Source: Octopus vulgaris (Eukaryota). From it: a stretch of 64,000 bases of DNA. The position numbers were made by a program, and so were the translations under genes. The stretch spans positions 63,054,001 to 63,118,000 of the forward strand of contig OX597814.1 in assembly GCA_951406725.2 (NCBI GenBank), read 5' to 3'. Below are positions 1 to 14,399 of the stretch, in pieces. How positions within the stretch are numbered: position 1 is the first letter of the stretch; every line of letters begins with the position of its first letter. The notes under the pieces are model-generated. The model searched no databases and had not been told where the DNA came from. It was given only the letters and a program-made list of their open reading frames with translations.

Positions 1-100
<100 letters not shown>

Positions 101-881
101 CCAGCTGAAGGAGATATAGATCCATTAACCTGATTTTTTTCCGTTCTTCTTATGAAACAATCAAAATCACGTAAGAGAGTAATAATGTCTCGTAGCAGTA
201 ACATATAGAATTCGATAGGATATTCGTAGTCAAATAACTCGGAGTTATTATTCATTTAAAAATTATATTCCAATTACCTTTCCAATGAAGATAAACGCTG
301 TCAATTAACTCTTCAGTTTAAAGTCTGTTAGAATTTCTGAAACGGAAATTAATCAACCAAATGAAAATCAGATTCTTTGTAAATTTGATTAAAGATAGTA
401 AATATTTTTCAACTTATATTTATATAATTGTCTTTCGTAGTCTTCCTATCTTTTATTTGGATTCAACTAATATTAGGACATGGTATTAAAAAAGTTTCTA
501 TATGATGTAATAAAAGGAGATTCTTTACATGGGTGGGTGGACTAACACTTCCAAGTTAAATTGCCAGGAGTTATCGAATAATACTTATATAGTTGATTTC
601 ATATTATTTGGGTGAGGTGGGGGGTTGAATTTCAGCTTGGCATTGTGGGTGGATTATTACAACTTTTGTTTTCGTATTATTGTTGATGTTCTGGTTAAAT
701 AAAAAATAGTGGGGAACAATGAGGAGCTTTTACTGCATTTTTGACTTTGAGAAAAAAATTGTTTTACAAAAACTCTGTTAGCTAAGCGAATGATCTTCTC
801 TAAATGCACTAAAAGCACTATAACATATTCAGAACAATAGAAAATTATCACCGTTCTCTTTGAGCATATAAAAAATAAATT

Positions 882-1461
882 TAACTGGGGTAAAATGAAT
901 AAGCTAAGTTAAAGTAAATTTGCCTCTTAACTTCTCCAGAATTGCATTTGAAAACTTATACACATCAATATCCATCCTTAGACATCAGAAAGATCAGAAA
1001 TGCAACAAGAATTTTAAATATCTTTGTTAAATTGAAAGAGGATCATGAAAACATGTCATAAGACATGAAATTAAGGAAACAGGTCTAAAAAAAAATCTCA
1101 CCATAAAAAATTCTCTGTAGCTTCTCCAAGATGTGCTAGAATGGCTTTCTTCCGTTGTGTTAACTCACCATAAAGTTAAAGAGGACTTATTGAAATTAAT
1201 CATTACTCATTTTACCCCATTTTAGACGTAAACTTTTGAAAATTTACAATACATTAGTGCGTGGAGGAATTGACTTGCAATTCAACAGAGAAAAATAATA
1301 CCTGTCACCTGACTATGATTCAAACTCTCTCAACTTTAACAACACTCCTAAAGGTGATTCAACAGTACAAAGTGACGATGCAATACTTGCAATATAATAA
1401 TTTCAAATAGGTTGGGAGAAAATAAATGAGAAATCAGAAATTACTTATTTTACCCCGGTTA
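882..1461. mobile_element. Old non-autonomous DNA transposon/MITE (possibly pogo-like)
   Basis: TAACTGGGGTAAAATGAATAA (882-902) versus the reverse complement of 1441-1461 (TAACCGGGGTAAAATAAGTAA), 18/21 match. A third internal copy lies at about 1203-1218. Family assignment is inference. Confidence 0.55.
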
Positions 1462-2118
1462 CTAATTTTGCTCCACCACCCTTATATCACATTCATAACT
1501 TCTGATTTCTTTCCATCAACAAGAAAATTTACCGTTGCTCATTGGAAGGGCAGTGGTGAAGACTGAAAGTAGGTGAAACGTACGGGAGGTATACAGTATC
1601 ATTCCTCTGTTTCCATGGTTCAAATACTGCTGGGATTATATTTCACCCTTTCATTATAGGTAAAATCCCTGGCTGTATTACCCAAATTGTTGTAGCTGTT
1701 GCTTTACTTGTTGTCAACAGCAGGGCACATATTTTAGACAAAACTAAGTGTTTTGCCTCGTAGATGTACAGTGTCGGCAATGAAAGGAACATAGGGGTTC
1801 GACAAAAGAGATCGATAGAATAAGTATCAGATCGATTTGTTCGACTAAAATCTTTTTAAGGCTCCAGCATAGCCGCAGACAAATGAGTGAAACAAATTAA
1901 AGAAAAAAATATATATACTCCCATTCGGCCTTCTCCTCTTCTCTTCTGTTTGTATTATTCTTTCTCTCTTACTGTGTTTATGAGTAGGCACTTATTTACT
2001 CATTGTCTGCCTTGAAGCCTTGTATTTTCACTCATCCTTCATCTATGTTTATTCTCTGTATCTCTATTCTCTTTCTCTCACTCTTCCGTTTACGATGTAA
2101 AGCCTGACTGGAGAAACT

Positions 2119-2192
2119 AACCAACCAACCAACCAACCAACCAACCAACCAACCAACCAACCAGCCAACCAACCAACCAACCAACCAACCAA
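2119..2192. repeat. (AACC)n microsatellite
   Basis: Seen directly. Confidence 0.98.
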
Positions 2193-2585
2193 TGTTTTTA
2201 TCGGCTGTTAGATAAGTGCGTGTGTATTTGTTAGGGTGCAAATGTTGGGGTATGTATATATGGTTAAATCTAATTGTTCCTCAGTGAAAACATAAGTGCT
2301 TTTCAACCTAAATATCTCCATTTCAACTGAGGTTGAAATGAAGATATACAGTTTCGGTATATTCAGTATCACACGTGTCAGACTGTTCAAGATATATTTC
2401 GTTAAACAAGATATGTTCGCGCATCCTGAGTAGAGACAGGTACTGACGTTTCAAGTAAGGCCATTCTTCGATAAAATGAAGGAAAGCAATTACAACTTCT
2501 CAATAAACTTCGCCTTTCTTTAAAGGTTCGTTCTCACTTTTCTTTAGGAAATACGAAATCATGTTATTTTACGAATTTCATTAGC

Positions 2586-2712
2586 AATGTGTGGTAAGAA
2601 ATTTGCTTCCCAACCACATGGTTCTGACTTCAGTCCCTCTGCGTGGTACCTTGGGCAAGTATTTTCTACAATAGCTTCGGACTAACCAAAGCCTTGTGAG
2701 TGGATTTGGTAT
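2586..2712 (+). mobile_element. tRNA-derived SINE family A (CORE-like), 5' half, running into (TACA)n(TA)n
   Basis: GTGTGGTAAGAA...CCCAACCACATGGTT...ACCTTGGGCAAGT...CCTTGTGAGTGGATTTGGTA; homologous to 5410-5575 and to the reverse complement of 42345-42480. Confidence 0.85.
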
Positions 2713-2777
2713 ATACATACATACATGCATACATACATACATACATACATACATACATACATACATACACACACACA

Positions 2778-2857
<80 letters not shown>

Positions 2858-2861
2858 GGTA

Positions 2862-3149
2862 TGGAGGCGCAATGGCCCATTGGTTAGGGCAGCGGTTGTA
2901 AGATCGCGGTTTTGATTCCCAGACCGGACGTTGTGAGTGTTTATTGAGCGAAAATACCTAAAGCTCCATGAGGCTCCGGCAGGGGGTAGTGGCGATCCGT
3001 GCTGTACTATTTCGCCACAACTTTCTCTCACTCTTTCTTCTGTTGGCCTTAGTTAGTTAGACGGAGTGGCGTCAGTTAAAGGCTAAAACAATGCGAAGCG
3101 CATTGTGACCATCGATGTGTAGCAACATCTGATAGCCTGGTCGGTCACG

Positions 3150-3152
<3 letters not shown>
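2862..3152 (+). mobile_element. tRNA-derived SINE family C
   Basis: A-box-like TGGCCCATTGGTTAG and B-box-like GGTTTTGATTCC head; about 290 bp, bounded by (TA)n on both sides. Confidence 0.7.
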
Positions 3153-3192
<40 letters not shown>

Positions 3193-3194
<2 letters not shown>

Positions 3195-3862
3195 CTGAAA
3201 GATTAAAGTTAATCAAAGGACATACTAAGTATGCTGGAAATAGCAGTCAAAACTCTTTTAAATTGCCAAAATACACTGATAAGAACTACAAAAATCAACA
3301 GTCTGAAGTCAAACGAGCTAAGACAATCTCTCAGCCTACACTCAAGTATTTAGACTCACGCGACCGGTTTCTAGACTGACATTACAGTTTCACCTTCCTC
3401 AGCACACTTTACCATGATGGAGAGCCCAAATCCGTCACATTGAAGTCTGCGCTGCAACTGATTCGTTTTGCGCCGAATCCTGACTGCCACCAGTGTGAAA
3501 ATAATTTCAATTTGGAGCAAATAATTCAGGAGAAAAATATTTGCGAAAATATCATTGACTATTATTTTCAAGTGTAACAATTAAAAATGATAATAACAGA
3601 ATCAATATATAGGCGATTGCAGCCCCCCACCCAAAAAAAAAAAAAAAAACATTAAATAGATGAAGGATTAAAATTAATCAAAGGACATACTATGTATGTC
3701 TACCTGCTGGAAATAACAGCCACAACTCTTATTTAAATCGCCAAAATACACTGGTAATAACTACAGAAATCAACCGTCTGAAGGCAAACGGACTAAACAA
3801 TCTCTCAGCATACATTCAAGTATTTGGACTCACGTGGATCGGTTTCTGGACTGGCATTACAG
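3193..3862 (+). repeat. Two diverged ~200-bp direct repeats (3193-3387, 3658-3862) around a ~270-bp spacer
   Basis: Alignable by eye, e.g. TTAATCAAAGGACATACTA, GCCAAAATACACTG, CAATCTCTCAGC and TCAAGTATTT occur in both copies. Confidence 0.9.
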
Positions 3863-3869
3863 CCATACA

Positions 3870-4032
3870 ACGGGCCTCTTTTAGTTTCTGTGCACCTACC
3901 AAATCCACACATAAAACTTTGGTCTGTCCGGAGTTATAGCAGAAGTCACTTGCCCAAGTTGCGACACACTGGGACTGAACTCGGATCCAAATGGTTGGGA
4001 CGCTAACTTCTTGCCACACAGCTACGCTTGCA
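3870..4032 (-). mobile_element. SINE family A, 5' half
   Basis: Reverse-complement homology to 2586-2712. Confidence 0.8.
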
Positions 4033-4588
4033 CTTATGGTAGAAACTTTGCGTTACTTTCTAAATTATTGCTTGCTGTATGTCATTTGACTCTGGTGATT
4101 TGAGCTAACCGGAATCAAATACTTTGGCCCATGAATATAGTGCATCGATAGTAGAGGATAGGAGACAGAGACTCATTGAGCAATAAGTCGACACCATATT
4201 AATTCATCGAGTTATTCTGAAAACAGACACCAATTGTTTTAGTATACATATTACATTTTCAATCATTCTTATCCTTTGCTATTGTTTGAAAAACACAAAG
4301 GCGTATATAAATTTGCGTTGGATTAATATGTTTTGTTTCTCTGTTTATACAATTACACAATTGATCTCATAACGGTTTGAACTATTTCCTTGTAAATGTT
4401 ATCTTCATCAACTATTCATAGGAAACAGTAGAAAATGTCACCGTCAATTAAGACTTAAGCCATTGACCAAGCAATACCACAAGGGATTTGAACTAAAAAC
4501 TGTGAAGCATGTGTACGCATAAATATATATGTATATATGTGCGTATATGTGCGTGTATGTGTATGCCGAGAGATAAATAGATAAACAG

Positions 4589-4639
<51 letters not shown>

Positions 4640-5581
4640 AAGAGAGAGACTGCTTAAGAAGTGCTGTCTCTAGCTAAATGTTGATCTCATTTCATATTAA
4701 TAAGTAATTAGATGATTTAGTAAATTAATACAAGTATAATTTAATTTATTTAACGTGAAGTAAAAGTTTCAGTAGAATAAAATTACCTAAAATGTTTGGT
4801 AATATGATTGGGTTTTTAAAAATGACGGGGATAAGCGAGAGAATGGAATGTCTAATTAAATCAATTTGAAGTATATAGATCTGTTTCTTTAGTCTGAGTT
4901 AAGAAATTCTACCGGAATTTTCGTAGCATTTTATAACGGCCGGATCGATATGTACCTCATTAAAAGTAATAAACGTATAATTGCAATGATATATACAAAA
5001 TATTACCCAACTAGTTGAAATAGATCGATGGTTTCTCCTTAATTTTTCCAGGAACATATCACTTGAAACAGTCATTTTATTTTAGTTACACAAAGAAATA
5101 ACGACACGGCCAAAACTCTTAACGATGACAACTTTTAAAGCAATACTCAACACTATCAATCGCCTTAATTTATTCATCTCCACCATTGTAGTTTGCCTCA
5201 CAAAGAAGCAAGTATTTTCTGCAAGGCACCCTCTTAGCAGGATTACAAGGGTTTATTTTAATAGAAACTGATTCTATTTGATCTCTATAACAATAAGCCA
5301 CTACGTCCCACTATGAATTATTACTTTCACATCTTCACTTGCGAATATCCAATGGCTAATTGAGTTTAGATATAAACTTAGAATGTATTTATGCACGTCA
5401 TGAATATAGACGCAGGCGTGGATGAGTGGTTAGAAGCTTGCTTCCCAACCACAAAGTTCCGAGTTCAGTCCCACTGCGTGGTACCTTGGGCGAGTGTTTT
5501 CTACAAAAGACTTGGGTTGAACAAAACCTTGTGAGTGGATTCGATGGACGAAGAGTGAAAGAATCCGGTCGTATAAGAGTT

Positions 5582-7046
<1,465 letters not shown>

Positions 7047-7487
7047 ATGTGTGTGTGTGTATATCTATATGTGTGTGTATATCTATATGTGTATTTATGT
7101 CCCGTAACCTAGCGGTTCGGCAAAAGATTCCGATAGAATAAGTACTAGGCTTAAAAATAGAATAACAATAATAAGTCCTGGGGTCGATTTGTTCCACTAA
7201 AACCCATCAAGGCGGTGCTCAAGCATGGCCGCAGTCAAATGACTGAAACAAGTAAAGGAACATGCTACATTATGCATAATATTCAACCAATGTTGCATTG
7301 TTGTACAGCATATTCCCAAATATTAATATTTAGGACTTCTTACACCTCACTGCTTGTTCTGATTTTCCTCTGACTCCTTCCCAAGCATCAATTCTAGCTC
7401 ATTACTCTAAGACGCTTTGATCTTGATATCTTCCGTACAAACGGATTTCTGCAACAAAAACTACAAAGCTACAAGAATACAGCCAGT

Positions 7488-7590
7488 ACAACAACAACAA
7501 CAGCTTCAGCAACAGCAGCAGCAACAGCAGCAGCAACAGCAGCAGCAACAGCAGCAGCAACAGCAGCAACAACAACAACAACAACAAACA
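7488..7590. repeat. Compound (CAA/CAG)n with a 12-bp higher-order unit CAACAGCAGCAG
   Basis: Seen directly. Confidence 0.95.
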
Positions 7591-7655
7591 AAACTGCAGC
7601 AAGTACGCTTTGTTGCAATACAAAAATCTGATCTCTAAAAGTAAAATTATATTTA

Positions 7656-7804
<149 letters not shown>

Positions 7805-7920
7805 GCAACAAAAGAATGAAAGAGATCACGATATTATGTAAATATAATATAATATTATATATTATATTTACATTATTATATAATATTACATGTAAATATA
7901 ATATGTGACAATTATTCGGT

Positions 7921-7991
7921 AGCCATGATAAAACTCTGAGTTTCGGATGTCGTGGCGGAAACCCACGCCGGCATCTCTTCAGTTTTCGGCC
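7921..7991 (-). ncRNA. Type I hammerhead ribozyme motif
   Basis: Minus strand: gccgaaaa CTGAAGA GATG-ccgg-CGTGG-gtttccg-CCACG-a-CATC-C GAAA CTCAGAG TT ttatcatggc. Core boxes are intact; stem III is ACTC-A-GAGT; one extra nt at the base of stem II. Confidence 0.7.
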
Positions 7992-8053
7992 CATATACGT
8001 ATGCGTGTGTGTGTATGTATTTATGTATATATGTGTATATGTGTATAGTTGTT

Positions 8054-8118
<65 letters not shown>

Positions 8119-9070
8119 AGAAAAGTAGGTATAAGTATTCCTTATTAGCTATGTTATTTAGAATCATAAAGATTCCGGCGCATCGAAAGCTCTCTACCGT
8201 TCTATTGGAAAACACCAGTGATTATAAACATCCCGAAGTCGGGGGATAAAACATTTCATGTCTTTCGAGTTAAAGTCTAGAGAAGAGCAATATACAAGTA
8301 GAAATACGGATAAAGAGTTTCTGAATATTACAGGTTACAGTTCAACTTTAAGGGAATCTTGTGATTTAGTGGAGAAATACTGGCAAAATAGGTGCATTCA
8401 ATAGTGATTCATAGAACTTTATCTGTTTTACATCGAAATCGATTTTATCGTACAATAAAATCCGACAAAATACTAAAGTGGATAAAATCCGAAAAAATAC
8501 TAAAGTTAATGTAATCTGTTAAACCCTTTGAAGATGATTTCTCACCAGGGTGGCGGTCCTATAACTAAAGTCGCTTAAATCATAAAAGAGTAATGTACAT
8601 ATATCCCAAGAACTGGTTTAATAAATTGAAATAATTGTTTGATTCTTGGTGATCATTCCTGTTGGACTAAAAGTCCAAGGTAATTTAAAAGAGAATATTT
8701 TCCCTTAAATATAACAAGAGAACTATGGATTGTTATGACTCCAGATCCACGAGAGCGGGGGCAGTCCACTTAACTATTTCGCTTAGGGGAAGAGTTTGTT
8801 TTCTTGAATTATACAGGAAGAATTAAACTGCATTACATGCTAACGAAGTAATCGTTAATGATGCAGTGATCCTGCTCTACTACCTAAAAAGAAAAAAATA
8901 TATATATGTAGTACATAGTTCAATTGAGCTAGCATGAAAAAAGGTATCGTTAATGGGCCCCATGCAGACTTAACGACGGGAAGCGTGACATCGTTACAAT
9001 TTCCCTAAGTGACAAATGAAGATAGGGAGTGAAGACAGAGCAACTGGGAGAAGAGAGGTAGAGGCGAAGA

Positions 9071-9073
<3 letters not shown>

Positions 9074-9130
<57 letters not shown>

Positions 9131-9165
9131 GGGAGAGAGAGAGGGAGAGAGAGAGAGAAAGAGAA
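9074..9165. repeat. (GA)n microsatellite
   Basis: Seen directly. Confidence 0.97.
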
Positions 9166-9819
9166 AGAGACAGAAAGAGTGAATGGAAAAAATGCAAGAG
9201 ATGGAGTGAAATAAGTAACAAAAGGAAATGGGGAAATTGAAGTATGGGAGAGAAAGCTATAGAAATATTAGGGAGTATTTGAAATAACTTGAAATAGTGC
9301 GATAAAAACAGACAAGAATAAAATAAAAGACCAAGAGAAAATAAGAAATTGATAGAATTGAAATGAATAAGAACTTTTCCAAATATATGTGAAAACAATG
9401 TACATGTTGAGAAACTAAAGTACAAAGTCAAGTTCGATTAAATAAAGGGACCTCATCCCTTTACAGAGGTTTTTATGGATGCTGGATAAACATTCATTAC
9501 ATTTATATCGTAGCATAGATGGAACAAAGTAAATAACTCTAAAATATATGTCAATATTACAGTCTATAATTAAAATGGCACAAACTTAAAACGTTCTCTG
9601 AACGACTGATAGATGCTTGACGCAGTTTTGTTGTGTATAGAGAATATCATGCATCAAGCATAAACATTAAACTCGTGGCATAATCTACAATGCTTATGAG
9701 GCACACATAAATCCCAACCAATGTCAACATCCGTAATAATATTTTATGATATTTATTCATGTATGTTCCTTACCACGAATAAGAAGGTGCGCAATCGAAG
9801 AGAATATCCAAGAACTATA

Positions 9820-10292
9820 AATTACACTGTGTAACACGATTTCTGTCCTCGGGTAGCAATTGTTAATTCCTATTAGCTTATCCCTAAAAAGTATGAAAAA
9901 TGCCTAATATTTCCTTCAAACTTTGCTTTTGTTACATTTATTCAAACCCAAAAAGTATCCCTCTCAACACATGATTGTGATGCTTCCCACTACTCCTGCT
10001 CATAATCAGAGATGCACATATTGCCAGCCACTAACGGACATGCTCAAGTGGTTATGGTCAAGCAACTGACAAAGAAATCTGTGGTACTGAGTAGAATATT
10101 TGCTACAACAATATTTCTGCCTCAGCAACTCTGTCTGAAATGTAATAGAAAATTGCTCAGTTTCAAAACATTACAATAGCAAAGTTTGAAGGGAATAGTA
10201 GTAATTTCCTTTGATTTCTAGATAGACGCAAACACGAAATAACACTTAATGACTAAAGACGGAAAAAAGAAATATTGTAACACAGTGTTATT
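9820..10292. mobile_element. MITE with long diverged terminal inverted repeats
   Basis: 9905-9939 TAATATTTCCTTCAAACTTTGCTTTTGTTACATTT versus the reverse complement of 10166-10200; outer match ACACTGTGTAACA / TGTAACACAGTGT. Confidence 0.7.
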
Positions 10293-11106
10293 GATAGATG
10301 TTTCAGCCTACATCTTCAGATGTCCAAATATCAATATATGCAAATATCAATATATGTAAAAGACAGAGTCTACATCATTTGAAGAAGTGTAACATTTAAA
10401 AAATACGTAAAAAAGATAAAATAGGTGCTATAAATCTGAGATAAGAAATTCAAGCGATATGGTAGAATCTTATAAATTAGTCTACTGTAAGCATACTTTA
10501 ATTTTGAAAACTGAACAACATTAATTGAGACAAAACTTGTAATATGTGTTTTAGTAGAAAATAGTGACTGAGGAATTTAAAATTCGGCCAACATTATCTT
10601 CAGAAAAATATGAAACAAAACCTTAGAATAAAACGATTAAAAAAAATGATAAGAACAGGGATTCCACCACCTGCATCGCTAGGGTATTTTGACAACGTGA
10701 AAGCAAATAACAGGACAGATGAAAAAAATTGTATTCTTCACATTTTTCCTATGCATTTCTTTTATAATCATTGGTTTACAAACCTGTTTTTTTTCTTTTT
10801 GTGAAGATTAAACTCATGAAAAGAAACTTTTTTTGCTGAAAGACATGTAACTGCTTCCACATTATTAGTTATTTAAGTCAAACAAAATAATGAAATTTCA
10901 AAGAAATTTTCAATTCTAAAGACGTGATCTAATTTTAGTCAGTTGAGAAAAGAAAAAAATAAAATTAGGAAAAAAAAGAAGGAAAAGGCAAAAAGAAAGC
11001 AATAAAAAGCAAATGAGTTACAAATGAAACAAAGACACAAAGAGAATAAACAAGATCATTTTCACCAAGAGATAATGATAAAGATGATGATTAACATCGT
11101 CATCAT

Positions 11107-11137
<31 letters not shown>

Positions 11138-12340
11138 AGCAGAAGAAGAAGAAGAAGCAGCTGCGTCATTTCTGATCTTAGCTCAAGGTCAAAAATACGT
11201 GTATTGTGAGATTAGTCAATTACATCCTGTCCAGTACTTGACTATTACACTATTTTATCAACCTCGGAAGGATAGAATACAATACTAATCTCGGAGGGGT
11301 TTGAACTAGGAACGTAATGTAGGTGAATATTGTAAAACATATTCGTTCCACAGTCTATTTTACCAATTCCTTTATTTACCAGCAACGGTAGAAGGTCAAA
11401 TACGATGTTCGATGGGAGGGATCGTTCGTTTATAACGACTCCAAAAACAGGAAAAAATTCCTGTACTTGGCTAATCGATTATTTTATTGCACAAGCCCAG
11501 CAATTTCGGTCTTCACCTGGTACTTATTTTATCGATCCTGAAAGAATGAAAGTTAAGGGAGACTTTAGCGGAATTTGAACTCAGGACGTCAAGTCAGAAG
11601 AAATGCTGCAAAGCATTTTTACCGGCACGGAAAAGATTTTGGCAGCTCGCCTAATAGTAACAAAATATTGGTTGCAAATTTTGGCACAAGGCCAACAAGT
11701 TCGGGGGAGGGGATAAGACGATTACATCTGTCCATACTGTTCAACTGGTACTTATCTTATCGACCCCAAAAGGATGAAAGTCAAATTTCACCTCAGCGGA
11801 ATTTGAACACAGAACGTAACGAATGGCGAAATGCCACTAAGCATTTGACCCGGCTTGCTAACGATTTTGCCAGCTTTCCGGCTTACAGTAACTAAATATT
11901 GCAAGTTATTTTGCCTGACGCTCGAACCTTTCCGTCAACAAACTGCTTTTAAATTTATAATCACCAAATGAAATAACAGATTCAACGATCGGAAAAGAAA
12001 AAAATCCGTACCTCCTGCTTATCGTAGAGGAAGAATATAGACGGTTATATTAGATACTAGTCTTCACTGGTATTTCATGTTATCGACTGCAGGGTAGTGA
12101 AAGTTAGAGCTGACGTTAGTGGAATTTGAACTAAGAATGTAAAATACTGGATGAAATAGCGCAAGACATTTTGTCCGATATTTAGAATTATGGCAACAAT
12201 AACGATAATTCTTTGTAATTTTTGACACTGTGCAAGCAATTTCGACAGGAGAAGAAGTCAATTACGTCAACCCTTAGGTGCAACTGGTATTTATGCATCG
12301 AGGGAATGTCGGCTTCGGAAGAACTTCAACTCAGAACCTA

Positions 12341-13981
12341 GACTCAACCGGCGTATCGATTGAGGACCCTTATCAACAGAGTCAATTATTTGCCGAGGCT
12401 TTTTCAACTATTTTCAAACAAGATGATGGTCGTGAACCCCCTCCATTTGATAGATCGGTACCTCCAATGCTTCGATTGGTCATCACGCGGGACGAAGTCA
12501 AACGTGTTATTCAAGGCCTCGATGTCAACAAGGGTCACGGCCCTGACGGCATACACCCACGGGTTATCAAAGCGTTGGCTCCGGTCATCTGCGAGCCCTT
12601 AACACGTCTATTCAATATGTCATTAGCGACGGGTGTTATACCTGCGGACTGGAGAACAGCGATAATCTGCCCAATTTTCAAGAAAGGGAGCCGCGAAGAC
12701 CCGCTTAACTACCGACCGGTTTCCCTTACATCAATAATCAGCAAGATGTTCGAAACCATCCTTAAGAAAAGTATGATGCTCCACCTCCAAAACACAGCCT
12801 CTATCTCTGATTCCCAACATGGCTTCGTGCCGAAGAGATCATGCTTGACCAACTTACTGGTAATGGAAGAATTGGTGACGCGCATCCTCGATGATAGTAA
12901 TGCTGTTGACATCGTTTTATTGGACTTTGCCAAAGCTTTTGACTCGGTAAACCACCGCCTATTACTTGTCAAGCTTCAAGCATATAGTTTCCATCCGGAT
13001 ATTGTATGATGGGTTGGTGCCTTCCTCTCAGATCGCTCCTTCCAAGTCCAAGTTAATGGTTCGCGGTCCGACGTCTCCAGTGCGAGCAGTGGCGTGCCTC
13101 AAGGTTCAGTGCTTGGGCCCTTATTGTTCTTAGTCTTCATAAATGACTTGCCCGACGACCTCACGCAACACACCCTTCTATTTGCCGACGATATCAAACT
13201 GGTCGCTCCTCGCGGTAATATAGAGGATCTTCGTCGATGCCTCCACCAAATTTGGAAGTGGTCTAACGAATGGGACCTGTGTCTGAACGTGTCAAAGTGC
13301 TGTCATCTGCCTGTTGGCTCTCCTCCTGCAACTCAACTTGATTTCGAGCCGGGTCGTCTGCTGCTGGAGAGGACCGATCAGGTAAAGGACCTGGGTATCT
13401 TGGTGGATTCCTCCTTTTCGCCTTCGGCCCAGTGCGTCCATGCTGCCAACAAAGCACGCGGAATTCTGTTCTTGATTCGACGGTCATTCGGAATGCTCAC
13501 AGCAGCCATATTCCTACCACTCTATGTCACGCTGGTGAGACCCATATTGGAGTACGGGATTCAAGCCTCTTCTCCTTATCTCCTCAAAGACATACAGCAT
13601 CTCGAAAGAGTCCAGAAGCTGGCTACCCGCATGGTTCATGGTCTCAAAAATTTGTCCTATGAAGAAAGGCTGAGGACGCTCGACCTTTATTCTCTTGAAA
13701 AACGCCGCCGCCGTGGTGATCTCATTCTCGCTCACAACATCATAAGCGGAAAGTGTAACCTCTCGAAAGAGCTGTTCTTCACTCCTACTCCAGAGCGTCG
13801 GCTGCGGGGTCATTCCGAAAAGCTCTACCTGCGACGATTTCATCTCAATCGAAGGAGAGGAGCTTTCTCCGTCCGGGTTGCGGATCCGTGGAACAAGCTG
13901 CCAGACGAGATGGTGAAGATGCCGACGACCGCTTTGTTCAAAGCCTCCCTTGACCTCAAGTGGCCTGAACTCTTTACATGA
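12341..13981 (+). pseudogene. LINE ORF2 reverse transcriptase with one in-frame TGA (13007-13009)
   Basis: ORFs 12278-13009 and 13094-13981 are in the same frame and read PDIV*WVGAFLSDRS across the stop. No endonuclease domain. Confidence 0.93.
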
Positions 13982-14068
13982 ACACCACCCTGTACTTAAC
14001 TCCATGTCCCCCTACATGGCCTTGCTATTTGCTTTTGAGCCAAATTAACTAACTAACTAACTAACTAA
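12341..14068 (+). mobile_element. CR1-clade LINE, 5'-truncated and young; 3' hairpin and (TAAC)n tail
   Basis: RT motifs YRPVSLTS, QHGF, LDFAKAFDSV, GVPQGSVLGPLLF and LFADD; CR1-like C-terminus LEKRRRRGDLI; 3'UTR hairpin CCATGT/ACATGG (14002-14019); tail 14046-14068. The host SINE resumes in register after the tail. Confidence 0.95.
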
Positions 14069-14399
14069 AGTGTCGGAAGAAATGACACTAAGCCATTTGT
14101 CCGACGTGCTAACCACTCTGCCACCTCACCCTCTTAATAACGGTCATAAAGTTTTGGCACAAGGTCAGCAAGAATAAAGTTTGCAGATAAGTCGGTAGCA
14201 TCGAGCCCAGTGCTAGACTGCTGCATATTATATCGACCACGAAAAGCTGAAAAGTAAAATTGACTTCGGTGGGATTTGAACTCAGATCCTATTAAATCGG
14301 GAGAACAAAGCATTTGTCCACCTCTCAAATGGTTCTACTTTTCTTCCACCTTGTATAATTCATAATATAGGCAGAAGAGAATAACTTTAAAAGAAGGGA

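Larger units (their letters stand above)
11170..14350 (-). mobile_element. Tandem cluster of about 7 decayed SINE family B copies, interrupted by the CR1 LINE
   Basis: Recurrent TGGTACTTATTTTATCGA...GAAAGGATGAAAG...CGGAATTTGAACTCAG motifs at about 11250, 11520, 11750, 12070, 12290 and 14230. Confidence 0.8.

Noticed and set aside
2862-2920. tRNA gene calls at SINE heads and at 36172 and 47625
   Set aside because: No complete cloverleaf; these are SINE promoters, a PBS, or fragments.
7417-7638. PolyQ ORF as a host exon
   Set aside because: A simple CAA/CAG repeat with no recognisable flanking domain or convincing splice pair; cannot be supported without RNA data.
10291-10325. Minimal HHR CTGAAGA-tgtaggct-GAAA-catcta-TC (minus)
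   Set aside because: Core boxes are present but none of the three stems pairs well; counted only as a possible relic.
13007-13009. Rescue of the RT stop by A-to-I editing (UGA->UGG) or selenocysteine
   Set aside because: The copy is 5'-truncated with no promoter or endonuclease; a CpG transition is the simpler explanation.
13263-14005. Antisense and alternative-frame ORFs over the LINE
   Set aside because: Shadow ORFs of the GC-richer RT coding sequence.
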